Assembly (NCBI GenBank): GCA_045805065.1
Contig: JBJMMA010000139.1
Coordinates: 1 to 31,190 of the forward strand
Length of the DNA stretch: 31,190 nt
Direction: 5' to 3'
Source of the DNA: Bdellovibrionia bacterium
GTDB taxonomy: Bacteria > Bdellovibrionota > UBA1018
Shown: positions 1 to 9,098 of the stretch, piece after piece
Layout of the letters: the number at the start of each line of letters is the position of its first letter
How positions within the stretch are numbered: the first letter of the stretch is position 1
Position numbers and translations under genes: made by a program
Notes under the pieces: model-generated
The model's input: only the letters and a program-made list of their open reading frames with translations
Databases searched by the model: none
Told to the model about the DNA's origin: nothing

Positions 1-2
1 AA

Positions 3-131
3 TGCTCGATTCCGGCCAAGCGTCTCGAAATCAGTCCGGAAGCGCGTCTTTGCGTCGATTGCCAAGCTGAAGAAGAGCGTCATTTCGGTCGCTCAGCCGT
101 CAATCGCGGCGACTTCGCCTTCGCAAGCTAA
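3..131 (+). CDS. 3' end of a DksA/TraR C4-type zinc finger protein (partial, runs off the window)
   Basis: Frame starting at base 3 reads CSIPAKRLEISPEARLCVDCQAEEER...FAS*, matching the I-x-x-x-RL-x3-P-x-A-x-x-C-x-x-C signature; stop TAA at 129-131. Confidence 0.85.
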   Translation, partial: CSIPAKRLEISPEARLCVDCQAEEERHFGRSAVNRGDFAFAS

Positions 132-165
132 GTAGCTGACAAAGCAGAAAAAAATACAGAATCCC

Positions 166-193
166 TCAAGTTTTTGTCGTTTATTACCGATGA
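166..193 (+). promoter_or_regulatory. Putative sigma-28 (FliA) promoter TCAAG-N15-ACCGATGA
   Basis: Resembles the TAAA/TCAAG...GCCGATAA consensus; lies just upstream of RBS GAGGGA and the GTG at 212. Confidence 0.55.
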
Positions 194-211
194 ATATTTG
201 AGGGATTTTCC

Positions 212-994
212 GTGCCTAATGCCCGAGAACTGCAATGTCAGGTGCTTGAACTTCGTTGGCTCACGTCTACAGTGATGGGCATTCGCCTTCGAGCCAAGAA
301 GGCAGTTCGTTTTGAAGGTGGCCAGTTTGTCGCGGTGAAAGTACCCAATGGCCCAAAGAGGCTTTACTCTTTTGCGTCGCCTCCCAGTGAACTTCTCCAT
401 CCAAATGAATTTGAACTTTGCGTAAAATATCTACTCGGCGGTGCAGGCTCTGAGTATCTCGCGGGTCTCAAGCCTGGCGACTCCATGGAAGTTTGGGGTC
501 CGTACGGAGACTTTATTTACGAAACCGATCCGTCGCGTTCGGCTTGCTTTATTGCAACCGGAACCGGGATCGCGCCGATGCGCTCGATCGTGCTTTCAGA
601 ACAGTTTCAGAAAGACCCACCTTTGAGCGCGACTCTTCTTTTTGGCGCAAGGGATCAGTCCGATATCTTGTATCCCGCAGTTTTTGAGAAGGCCGGATGC
701 GAGGTGATCTATGCTCTTTCTCAAGCCAGCGCAAAAGTTTTGCCAATCGGAGCGCCTCAAGCCACTTCTCAGATTTTCAAGGGCCGCATCACCGCTTATC
801 TGGAGTCATTGCCAAAGCACACGGATTTCCGGACAACGGATTTTTATCTTTGCGGCAACAACGAGATGATTTCCGATGTTACTGCGATTCTCACGCAGGG
901 CTTTGGCGTTTCTCCACAGGCAATCCATGCTGAAGCATTTGGATCCACAGTGGTTACGCCTTCTCTCATCAGCCCTCTCAAAAAAGCTGCTTAA
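212..994 (+). CDS. FAD/NAD(P)-binding oxidoreductase, ferredoxin-NADP reductase (FNR) family, no 2Fe-2S domain
   Basis: Motifs RLYS, GAGS, GPYG, ATGTGIAP, LLFGAR, YLCG and a terminal EAF. Confidence 0.9.
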   Translation: MPNARELQCQVLELRWLTSTVMGIRLRAKKAVRFEGGQFVAVKVPNGPKRLYSFASPPSELLHPNEFELCVKYLLGGAGSEYLAGLKPGDSMEVWGPYGDFIYETDPSRSACFIATGTGIAPMRSIVLSEQFQKDPPLSATLLFGARDQSDILYPAVFEKAGCEVIYALSQASAKVLPIGAPQATSQIFKGRITAYLESLPKHTDFRTTDFYLCGNNEMISDVTAILTQGFGVSPQAIHAEAFGSTVVTPSLISPLKKAA

Positions 995-1074
995 TCCTCT
1001 CCACTCGCGCAACTTTTTAGTGGGTTGTTCCGTAAACCGTAATCCTAAGGCAATTTCATAGGAGTACGGCAGAA

Positions 1075-1833
1075 TTGAACCGCTTTTTTAAAGAACCTGT
1101 CTGGATTTTCGCGCTTTTTGCGGCAACTTTATTGAGCTCCTGTGGCTCACAGAACGCTTCGGATCCTTCCCGCGCTGTGACAGGGGATCCTGTGAGCTCT
1201 GATCCTGCCATGGCATCCACCATCAATCCGAGCCCAACCCCTACTCGTACAAGGACAGCCACGCCGTCGCCATCACCTACGATCACGGCAACTCCTACGC
1301 CGACGCGGACAGCATCGCCCACTCCGACAGCAACTCCGACGACAACGCCAACAAAAGTTCCCACAGCAACACCTACGACTGGAACAGGCTCAGGCAGTGG
1401 CCTAACGGGTTCAGCTACACTCGATAGCGAAGAAGTCGCGTTCCTTGGGCTGATTAATGATTACCGCGCACAAAACGGGCTCGCGCCTCTTCAAGTCTCG
1501 GTCGCACTCACGCAGGCGTCAGACTGGATGAGCACGGATATGGCTTCCAAAAATTACTTCAGCCATACCGATTTGCAGGGTCGTGATCCCTTTGTCCGAA
1601 TGGCCGCGTTTAACTACAACTACTCCTGGGCCGGTGAGAACATCGCCGCAGGTAACGCCACTGCCCAGGCTACCTTTACTCAATGGAAGAATTCTCCGGG
1701 GCACAACGCCAATATGCTCAATGCCAACTACAAGGTCATCGGGATTGGCCGTGCCCAAAACTCTTCATCCACCTACAACTGGTACTGGACCACTGACTTT
1801 GGTGGCACGGTCGACACGACGGTGAGCTTTTGA
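1075..1833 (+). CDS. CAP/SCP-domain lipoprotein with a Thr/Pro-rich linker
   Basis: Lipobox LLSSC, TP-rich linker, CAP motifs INDYRAQNGL, YFSH, GENIA, WKNSPGHNANML, IGIG, WTTDFG. Confidence 0.9.
   Translation: MNRFFKEPVWIFALFAATLLSSCGSQNASDPSRAVTGDPVSSDPAMASTINPSPTPTRTRTATPSPSPTITATPTPTRTASPTPTATPTTTPTKVPTATPTTGTGSGSGLTGSATLDSEEVAFLGLINDYRAQNGLAPLQVSVALTQASDWMSTDMASKNYFSHTDLQGRDPFVRMAAFNYNYSWAGENIAAGNATAQATFTQWKNSPGHNANMLNANYKVIGIGRAQNSSSTYNWYWTTDFGGTVDTTVSF
1228..1380 (+). repeat. Low-complexity Thr-Pro linker within the CAP lipoprotein
   Basis: PSPTPTRTRTATPSPSPTITATPTPTRTASPTPTATPTTTPT. Confidence 0.8.
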
Positions 1834-2228
1834 TTCCTGCGCTTAAAAAGAGTCAGGCATGCCTAGCTGCGCTTTGCGCGTCTGTTCTCATCAGTTCGTG
1901 TCATTTGACTCCGGCGGCTCCAGAGATGGCAAGTAACGGGATGAATGCACCAAGAACAGTAGAAACCGCGAAGAAGTCTCCAACACCTGCTCGATCAAAA
2001 CCTTCACGCTCATCCCATCCTTTCAAAGGAGGGAGAAGTGTCGCCCGATTTAAAGGTAGGAAGAAATCACAGGACTCAAAGCCCAGTCCGTTGAACGCAA
2101 GTACTCTACCTAAAGGCAACTACCAGATCGCGGGGATCGGCCGAGCGCGGGATCCCTCAGCCATTTACAATTGGAACTGGTCCACCGACTTTGGCGGAAC
2201 GGTTGATATGGTAACGATCAGCTTTTGA
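1830..2228 (+). CDS. Small lipoprotein retaining only the C-terminal ~35 aa of a CAP domain (truncated paralog of the upstream gene)
   Basis: Lipobox LISSC; C-terminus NYQIAGIGRARDPSAIYNWNWSTDFGGTVD is close to upstream NYKVIGIGRAQNSSSTYNWYWTTDFGGTVD; TTG start overlaps the upstream TGA. Confidence 0.65.
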   Translation: MIPALKKSQACLAALCASVLISSCHLTPAAPEMASNGMNAPRTVETAKKSPTPARSKPSRSSHPFKGGRSVARFKGRKKSQDSKPSPLNASTLPKGNYQIAGIGRARDPSAIYNWNWSTDFGGTVDMVTISF

Positions 2229-2304
2229 TAACAAGCGGCTATACGGCGACAGCCTTACCTTTGGCATGCGATCTCCCTCGTATTGTGATAAGAACGAGGG
2301 ACGA

Positions 2305-3180
2305 ATGCAATCCAAGCGCGACCTGGCCATCATTCTCAAGTCGATCCCTTATGAAGAGCGAAACCGAATTGTTACCGCCCTGACGGAAACTCATGGCGTG
2401 GTGTCGGCGCTCGCGCGCAATGCGATTCAATCCCGTCGCTTTGGCGGAACCCTTGAGGCCTTTGTCGCCAGTGAATGGACCTTTGTCGAAAAGCCAGGCA
2501 CCGAACTGCTGCGCCTTGAAGAAGCAGTAATCCGTCGAGCCTATGATGGCATTCGCGCCGACTTTGACCTGCTCTCAGTGGCCAGCGTGATGAATGAACT
2601 CATGCTGAAAGTGGCTCCGAAGCATGAGCCTTGTCCTGATCTCTTTCGCTTGCACGCCAATGCGCTGGCGTATCTTGAAGAGACCGCTCTTAAAGGAAAG
2701 AAGTCGCAGCCTCTCAAAGCTCCTGGAGCACTCAATATCGAAACTCTGGCGCTTTTGAATGGCTACATGACGAAGCTTCTTCAGTGGAGCGGAAATCAGC
2801 CGCAACTGGAGCACTGCTTGGGTTGCGAGACATCGATTTCCCATATGCAAAAAAATCAGAGCCTCAATTGCGTCATCAATGATGCAGGCTGGATTTGTGC
2901 CAATTGCAGAAGCTCCGATACGCAGCATGTGCGCGATCGCGAGGGACTGGGCTTCCGCCACGCTTCTCTGCGCGTCACCCCTGCCGCGATTCGCGATTTT
3001 CAGATGAGCATGCACTTGCCGATTCGCCAAATTCCAACAGCAGCGGAAGCTTCAGTTCGCGAGCATCAGGACCTCTTCAAATTTCTTGAAGCGCTGGCCA
3101 TTTTCCATCTGCCGGGCTTTGAGCAAAAGCCTTTGAAAAGCATGCGGTTTATTGAGTTGGAATCAGTACTTCCTCATTAA
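2305..3180 (+). CDS. recO: DNA repair protein RecO
   Basis: AIILKSIPYEERNRIVTALTETHG N-terminus, SRRFGG, C4 zinc motif CLGC...CANC, terminal LKS; ATG 2305 follows GAGGG. Confidence 0.93.
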   Translation: MQSKRDLAIILKSIPYEERNRIVTALTETHGVVSALARNAIQSRRFGGTLEAFVASEWTFVEKPGTELLRLEEAVIRRAYDGIRADFDLLSVASVMNELMLKVAPKHEPCPDLFRLHANALAYLEETALKGKKSQPLKAPGALNIETLALLNGYMTKLLQWSGNQPQLEHCLGCETSISHMQKNQSLNCVINDAGWICANCRSSDTQHVRDREGLGFRHASLRVTPAAIRDFQMSMHLPIRQIPTAAEASVREHQDLFKFLEALAIFHLPGFEQKPLKSMRFIELESVLPH

Positions 3181-3248
3181 AAATATCTTCACAACTTGAG
3201 CTCCACTAAACAGTCGACCGTGCATTTATACATTGATATAGTTTAATA

Positions 3249-3467
3249 ATGCACAAGTATAGCATCTGGGTAATTGCATCGACGGTTTTATCGATGATCG
3301 GTGTGCTGGCGTTTTCCCTGTATTCAGGGCCCCTGCTTGCGGTCGGCGGATATTACGCCTGTTATTATGACGGAAGTGATCGCTGCGGGTACGTCCGCGA
3401 TCAGTACGGGGAAACCTACGAAGGCTTCTCATCCTACGCGGCCTGCGACAGGTATTGTGCCTATTAA
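3249..3467 (+). CDS. Small exported or membrane-anchored Cys/Tyr-rich protein (72 aa)
   Basis: Hydrophobic N-terminus, then 4 Cys; fills the intergenic gap; stop shares TTAA with the convergent gene. Confidence 0.65.
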   Translation: MHKYSIWVIASTVLSMIGVLAFSLYSGPLLAVGGYYACYYDGSDRCGYVRDQYGETYEGFSSYAACDRYCAY

Positions 3468-4993
3468 GGCGTGACCTTACGTTGGGACAAGATCCAGTCT
3501 GCGGCTTCACTCAGCGTGTTAGCTGAAAAGTCAGCTTCGTTCAGATGGAAAGATTTATCCGCCGTGTTGGTTCTCAGGAAAACCGATCCAGCGCACCCGG
3601 CTGCCTTCCCGGCATTCACATCCGAATCACGATCGCCCACCATATAAGAGCGAGAAAGATCCACACCCCAACGCGCACCACTGTCGAGCAGAAGCTTTGG
3701 CTTGGGCTTGCGGCATTCGCACTCATCATCCGGGTGGTGGATGCAGAACTCGTAATGATCGATCTTCACGCCATGAGCGGAAAGAAGCTCGTCCATGCGC
3801 TGATGAATCAAAGGAAGCTTCTCCAGCTGGATCAATCCGCGCCCAACGCCTGATTGGTTGCTCACCACGATCAAAAGAAAGCCCGCTTTCTTCAAGCGAG
3901 CCAAGGCTTCACCTACTCCTGGCAAAAGCTTCACCATCGAAGGATCAGACAAATAGCCTGGATCTTCGTTAATTGTTCCATCGCGATCTAAAAAGATCGC
4001 AGGACGAAGTCCCTTGGCAAGCTTTTGCTCCCACTGCCAGGCGGAGCCAATGATGACTTTCAAGGAAGTTCGAGTTGGGCGATAGCCCAGCTCTTTTTTG
4101 GCCAGAGTCGAGTCGCCTACAAGCATCGGCGGATCGCCCGGGCGGCGAGGTTTTTCAATTGGCTTCACCTCCCGACCCGTCACCTCGGCGCAGGCTTGAA
4201 TCATCTGGCGGACGGAGAATCCGTTCTCGCTTCCCAAGTTAAATGCTTCAAAGCGGCCCTGGTTTTCAGGCAGAGCCAGGAGTCGCTTGAGCGCTGCTTC
4301 GTGAGCGGCAGCAAGATCTGTCACATGAACATAATCCCGAATGCAGGTGCCATCGGGTGTCGGATAATCCGTTCCGTAGATCTCAACGGCCTCGCCGCGC
4401 AGAATGGACTTCAAAACGCGCGGGATCAGATGGGTCTCGCAAGGATGCCACTCGCCGACTCGGTACTGAGGCTCAGCGCCTGCTGCATTGAAGTATCGAA
4501 GCGCAACGGATTGAAGCCCCTGGGAGGCCATTCGCTCGAGCATCTTTTCGACTTCAAGCTTCGTTTCGCCATAAGGGTTGATGGGCTTCTTGGGAAGATT
4601 TTCAGAAATTCTTGGAGTTCCCGGGTCGCCAAAAACCGCGCAGGTGGAAGAAAAGATAAAGCGCCGTGTGCCGGCCTCGAGCATCATCTCAAGAAGCAAG
4701 CGGGTCTGCTCGACATTGTTCTCGTGATACATCTCTGGAAACTGAACGCTCTCGCCGACCAGGCTTTTAGCGGCAAAGTGCATGACAGCATCAAAGCGTT
4801 CGCGCTTTAAAAGAGGCAGGACAACCGATCGGTCGCCCGCCCGAGCCTGAACAAAAGAAGAACCCAAGACAAGTTCTTGATGTCCGGTCGACAAGTCATC
4901 GAGAATCCAGACGTCGTGTCCTTGATCCAGGAGCCACGCGCATGCAGCGCTTCCTACGTAACCTGCTCCCCCGATGACAAGAATTTTTGGCAT
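3464..4993 (-). CDS. galE: Fusion of UDP-glucose 4-epimerase GalE and D-glycero-manno-heptose-1,7-bisphosphate phosphatase GmhB
   Basis: N-terminal GGAGYVG, HFAA, YGETK, LRYFNAAGA, DGTCIRDYVHV; C-terminal HAD motifs FLDRDGTIN, SNQSG, CIHHPDDECECRKP, GD; ATG 4993 follows AGGAAA. Confidence 0.93.
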   Translation of the reverse strand: MPKILVIGGAGYVGSAACAWLLDQGHDVWILDDLSTGHQELVLGSSFVQARAGDRSVVLPLLKRERFDAVMHFAAKSLVGESVQFPEMYHENNVEQTRLLLEMMLEAGTRRFIFSSTCAVFGDPGTPRISENLPKKPINPYGETKLEVEKMLERMASQGLQSVALRYFNAAGAEPQYRVGEWHPCETHLIPRVLKSILRGEAVEIYGTDYPTPDGTCIRDYVHVTDLAAAHEAALKRLLALPENQGRFEAFNLGSENGFSVRQMIQACAEVTGREVKPIEKPRRPGDPPMLVGDSTLAKKELGYRPTRTSLKVIIGSAWQWEQKLAKGLRPAIFLDRDGTINEDPGYLSDPSMVKLLPGVGEALARLKKAGFLLIVVSNQSGVGRGLIQLEKLPLIHQRMDELLSAHGVKIDHYEFCIHHPDDECECRKPKPKLLLDSGARWGVDLSRSYMVGDRDSDVNAGKAAGCAGSVFLRTNTADKSFHLNEADFSANTLSEAADWILSQRKVTP

Positions 4994-5107
4994 AAGTTTC
5001 CTGAAGCATACAAACAATGGTGTTTTGCGGCAAGATCGGTTAGCGTGATCGCACGCATACTGGTCAGTTTTTGTTAGGAATTTATAAGGTTAGTCCAAGG
5101 TTAGTTC

Positions 5108-6829
5108 ATGAAATCGCTGCTGCGTTTAAAACCCTATCTGCGCCCGTATCTTTGGATGATCATCACCAGCGGGCTGCTGGCCATCCCCCTTTCGGCGTTG
5201 CGAGCAAGTCCAGTGCCGCTGATCAAGTATTTCGTCGACCATCTTTTGGTCGAAAAGAATTGGCAAAAGCTGTACCTGTTCCCATTTCTCATTCTCGCAA
5301 TCTATTTTGCGAACTTCATCGTGCGCTTCTTTCATTATTACCTGCTTCGAATTGTCATCATCCGGGTCAATGAGAAGCTGAAGAACAATCTTTTTGACCA
5401 TCTTCTGGGTCTCTCCGCTGATTATTACACCACCCAAAGCACGGGCGGACTGATTGCGCGCGTGGGATCGGACACGGCCACCATTGATGGCGGCGTTTCT
5501 GCGATCAACATCATCATTCGTGAACCCATTACCTTCATTGTGCTTTTCGTCTATGCGTTAAAGCTCAACTGGCGCCTGACTTTGATTACGCTTCTTGTGT
5601 TCCCTCCTTTGGCCTGGGTGTTTTCGGTCACTGGGAGAAACCTCAAACGCTACATCCATAAGATGAACGAAGAGAACGGTCGTCAGTTCTCGACCCTTCA
5701 AGAGACCTTCACCGGGATCCGCATCGTCAAGATGTTCCGCCTGGAAGGCTATGTTCGTCGCAAGTTCCAGGAAAGAAGCGGCAATTTCGCAGCCACCCAT
5801 AAAAAGACCGCAATTCTTGAAGAAGCCTCCCATCCCATGGTTGAGCTTTTGAGCGCATTTGTGATCGCAGCGGTAGTCTTCTATGGGGGCGTGCAGGTTT
5901 TGAGCGGCAAAATGACGCCCGGCGACCTCATGGCGTTCTTTGTGACTTTCGGACTTTTGCAGAACCCGATTCGGCAGATGAACGAAGTGAACATCAAGCT
6001 CAATCAGGCAGCCGGCGCATGCGAACGCGTGTTTGAGATCTTTGATTGGAAGTCACGCCTGCGCGAGACCCCGAATCCTTTGCCACTCAATGGCTTTGAC
6101 AAAGAGATCAAAATTGATCACGTCACCTTTGCCTATCCCGACTCTCCTGAGCGCCAGGTATTGAAGAATGTGAGCTTCACCGCGCCTAAAGGATCGATTA
6201 CGGCACTGGTTGGCGCAAGCGGCGCCGGCAAGAGCTCGATGGTTAGCCTGCTTCCCCGCATTTTTGATGTGACGGAAGGAAAAATCGAGATCGATGGCCA
6301 CGATATCCGTGATTATAAGCTCGATGATCTGCGTCGCCAGATCGCGGTCGTCAGCCAGGATGTGTTCTTGTTCAACGATACGATCGAAGAAAACATCCGC
6401 TGCGGAAAGCTCAATGCAACTCATGAAGAGATCATGGCAGCCGCACGCAAGGCGCATGCGCTCGACTTTATCGACAAGCTTCCCGAAGGTATGAACACCA
6501 TCATCGGCGATCGCGGTCAGAAACTTTCGGGCGGCGAGAGACAGCGCCTCTCGATTGCCCGCGCCTTTCTTCGCGAGGCTCCAATTTTGATTTTGGACGA
6601 AGCGACTTCAAGCCTGGATTCGGCTTCGGAACGCGCCGTGCAAAGCGCTCTAGAAGTACTCATGGTCAACCGAACGACTCTTGTGATTGCCCATCGACTT
6701 TCCACAATCCGTAACGCCGATCAGATTCTGGTTATGCGTGAAGGTCAGATCGTCGAACGAGGGACTCATCAAGGGCTGCTCGATTCTGAAGGTGAGTACG
6801 CCCGGCTTCACGGAATTTATACGACCTGA
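5108..6829 (+). CDS. msbA: MsbA-like lipid A/lipid exporter ABC transporter (TMD + NBD)
   Basis: Multi-helix TM N-terminal half, Walker A GASGAGKS, LSGGERQR, ILDEATS, IAHRLST; adjacent to an LPS sugar gene. Confidence 0.85.
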   Translation: MKSLLRLKPYLRPYLWMIITSGLLAIPLSALRASPVPLIKYFVDHLLVEKNWQKLYLFPFLILAIYFANFIVRFFHYYLLRIVIIRVNEKLKNNLFDHLLGLSADYYTTQSTGGLIARVGSDTATIDGGVSAINIIIREPITFIVLFVYALKLNWRLTLITLLVFPPLAWVFSVTGRNLKRYIHKMNEENGRQFSTLQETFTGIRIVKMFRLEGYVRRKFQERSGNFAATHKKTAILEEASHPMVELLSAFVIAAVVFYGGVQVLSGKMTPGDLMAFFVTFGLLQNPIRQMNEVNIKLNQAAGACERVFEIFDWKSRLRETPNPLPLNGFDKEIKIDHVTFAYPDSPERQVLKNVSFTAPKGSITALVGASGAGKSSMVSLLPRIFDVTEGKIEIDGHDIRDYKLDDLRRQIAVVSQDVFLFNDTIEENIRCGKLNATHEEIMAAARKAHALDFIDKLPEGMNTIIGDRGQKLSGGERQRLSIARAFLREAPILILDEATSSLDSASERAVQSALEVLMVNRTTLVIAHRLSTIRNADQILVMREGQIVERGTHQGLLDSEGEYARLHGIYTT

Positions 6830-6839
6830 AAAAAATATT

Positions 6840-7649
6840 ATGACAGATACGCTCGACCTTCAGTCGCTTCACCTCTTTGCGCGTGATCTTGCCTTGCAAG
6901 CAGGCGAAATCATCATGCGAGAGCGAGAGAGCCGGCAGGTTGAGCAGAAGTACAAGCAGGGCTCGGAGCTTGTGACATCCGCGGATCTTAAGTCAGATCA
7001 GCTGATCCGCGAGTCAATCCAAAAAGCCTATCCAACTCATCGGATCCTTTCTGAAGAATCCTCGCCTGATCTGAAGGACTGGACACAGGGCCCACTTTGG
7101 ATCATCGATCCGATCGATGGGACCGTCAACTACGCTTACGGCCACACGCAAACGGCAGTTTGTATCGCTTTTGCCATGAATGGCCGGATTGAAGTGGGAA
7201 TTGTCCACGTCCCTTTTGAGCGTGAAACGTTTACTGCGATTCGTGGCCAGGGCGCCTGGCTCAACGGCGAGAAAATTCAGACCAGCGGACAAACCGAGCT
7301 CAGGCGCTCACTGATCGCCACCGGGTTTCCCTATGAGAAGGAAGCCAGCATTGATCTTCTGATGAAGCGAGTTCGTACCGTTCTGCTCAATTGCCGTGAT
7401 ATTCGTCGAGTCGGCTCTGCAGCCATTGATACGTGCTGGGTCGCCATGGGGCGCCTGGATGGCTACTATGAAACCGTCAATCCATGGGACGTCGCAGCAG
7501 CGGGTCTGATTGCACGCGAAGCCGGAGCAAAAACGGGACATCTTGTACCGGTCCCTGCTGACATTCCCTCGGATCTCTTTAGCCAGGATGTCATCATCAC
7601 GACTCCTGGGATTTACGACGCTCTTTATCGCATCCTGACTGCATCCTAA
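6840..7649 (+). CDS. suhB: Inositol monophosphatase family protein
   Basis: VTSAD, SEE, WIIDPIDGTVNY, TGFPY, RRVGSAA, PWDVAA; start placed at ATG 6840 after the msbA stop. Confidence 0.9.
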   Translation: MTDTLDLQSLHLFARDLALQAGEIIMRERESRQVEQKYKQGSELVTSADLKSDQLIRESIQKAYPTHRILSEESSPDLKDWTQGPLWIIDPIDGTVNYAYGHTQTAVCIAFAMNGRIEVGIVHVPFERETFTAIRGQGAWLNGEKIQTSGQTELRRSLIATGFPYEKEASIDLLMKRVRTVLLNCRDIRRVGSAAIDTCWVAMGRLDGYYETVNPWDVAAAGLIAREAGAKTGHLVPVPADIPSDLFSQDVIITTPGIYDALYRILTAS

Positions 7650-7718
7650 TTTAAGCAGCGCATCATAGTCCTGATCCCAATTGATATGCTTGCGGGTCAG
7701 TGCTATCCCCAAAACATC

Positions 7719-9098
7719 ATGAGCGAATCTGAAAATAAGACTCCCGCTGTCGAAACTCCAAAAGGCCCAGTTCAAAACCTTAAGGACATGGCCGATCTGG
7801 TTTCCCTGTGCAAACGCCGGGGATTCGTTTTTCCGTCGAGTGAAATCTACGGCGGTATCAATGCTTGCTGGGACTACGGACCGCTGGGCATTGAGCTCAA
7901 GCGCAACGTGAAAGAAGCCTGGTGGCGCGCCATGACGGATCGTGAAGACATCGAGGGTCTCGATGCCGCGATTCTCATGCACCCAAAAGTCTGGGAAGCT
8001 TCGGGACACGTTTCAGGATTCGTCGATCCATTGGTCGACTGCAAAAAGTGCAAAGGCCGCTTCCGCGCGGATAAGCTCGACATGGCTCACTGCTTGGAAA
8101 AGCCAAGCAAGAAACCAGGCGAAGGCCCAGAGTGCCAACTCACGGAACCCCGTCAGTTCAATCTGATGTTCAAGACCCACATGGGTCCGCTTGAAGACGC
8201 AGCAGCCATTGTTTATCTGCGCCCAGAAACCGCTCAAGGCATTTACGTCAACTTCCTCAACGTGCAACAATCCGCACGTCAAAAGGTTCCATTCGGCATC
8301 GCTCAAATTGGTAAAGCGTTCCGTAACGAAATCACGCCAGGCAATTTCATTTTCCGCACGCGTGAGTTCGAGCAAATGGAAATGCAATTCTTCGTCAAGC
8401 CAGGCACCGACATGGATTGGTTTGAGAAGTGGAAGCAAACCCGCATTCAGTGGCACCTGGATAATGGAATTCGTCGCGAGAAGCTTCGTTTCCATGAGCA
8501 CGGCCACGGTGAGCTTGCTCACTACGCAAAAGCCGCGTTTGACATCGAGTATGAATTCCCATTCGGCTGGCAGGAGCTTGAAGGCATCCACAACCGCTCG
8601 GACTTCGACTTGGGCCGCCACCAGCAGTTCAGCGGAAAGAAACTCGAGTACTTCGACGAGGCCTCCAAGGAGCGCTACGTCCCTTATATCGTTGAAACCT
8701 CTGCAGGCTGCGACCGTACCTTGCTCGTCGCACTCGCCGACGCTTATCGCTTTGATGGCGATCGCACTTGGCTAGCCCTGCATCCGCGCCTTGCTCCGTA
8801 CAAAGTCGGTGTTTTCCCGCTCATGAAAAAGCCTGAGCTCCTGGAATACACAGACAAGGTTTATGCGGACATCCGTAAAAAATTCCGCGCGACGACCGAC
8901 GATGCGGGATCCATCGGCAAGCGTTACCGCCGTCAAGACGAAATCGGTACCCCCCTTGGAGTCACGATCGATTATGACACTCTCTCAAACAACACCGTCA
9001 CCGTCAGACACCGCGACAGCATGGCGCAAGAAAGGATCAGTGCTGAAAACCTCGTCCGCTACATCGAAGACCAATTCCAAAACTGGAAAAATGGCTAA
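7719..9098 (+). CDS. glyQS: Glycine--tRNA ligase, homodimeric class IIa type
   Basis: [55 protein letters not shown]. Confidence 0.98.
   Translation: MSESENKTPAVETPKGPVQNLKDMADLVSLCKRRGFVFPSSEIYGGINACWDYGPLGIELKRNVKEAWWRAMTDREDIEGLDAAILMHPKVWEASGHVSGFVDPLVDCKKCKGRFRADKLDMAHCLEKPSKKPGEGPECQLTEPRQFNLMFKTHMGPLEDAAAIVYLRPETAQGIYVNFLNVQQSARQKVPFGIAQIGKAFRNEITPGNFIFRTREFEQMEMQFFVKPGTDMDWFEKWKQTRIQWHLDNGIRREKLRFHEHGHGELAHYAKAAFDIEYEFPFGWQELEGIHNRSDFDLGRHQQFSGKKLEYFDEASKERYVPYIVETSAGCDRTLLVALADAYRFDGDRTWLALHPRLAPYKVGVFPLMKKPELLEYTDKVYADIRKKFRATTDDAGSIGKRYRRQDEIGTPLGVTIDYDTLSNNTVTVRHRDSMAQERISAENLVRYIEDQFQNWKNG

Noticed and set aside
1056..1364. Val-Gly repeat ORF on the minus strand
   Set aside because: It is the antisense reading of the Thr-Pro linker
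8863..9090. Apparent 76 aa N-terminal extension of PPDK, and similar extensions of suhB, yajQ and the rhodanese
   Set aside because: Longest-ORF artefacts, mostly overlapping upstream genes; family homology begins at the downstream ATGs
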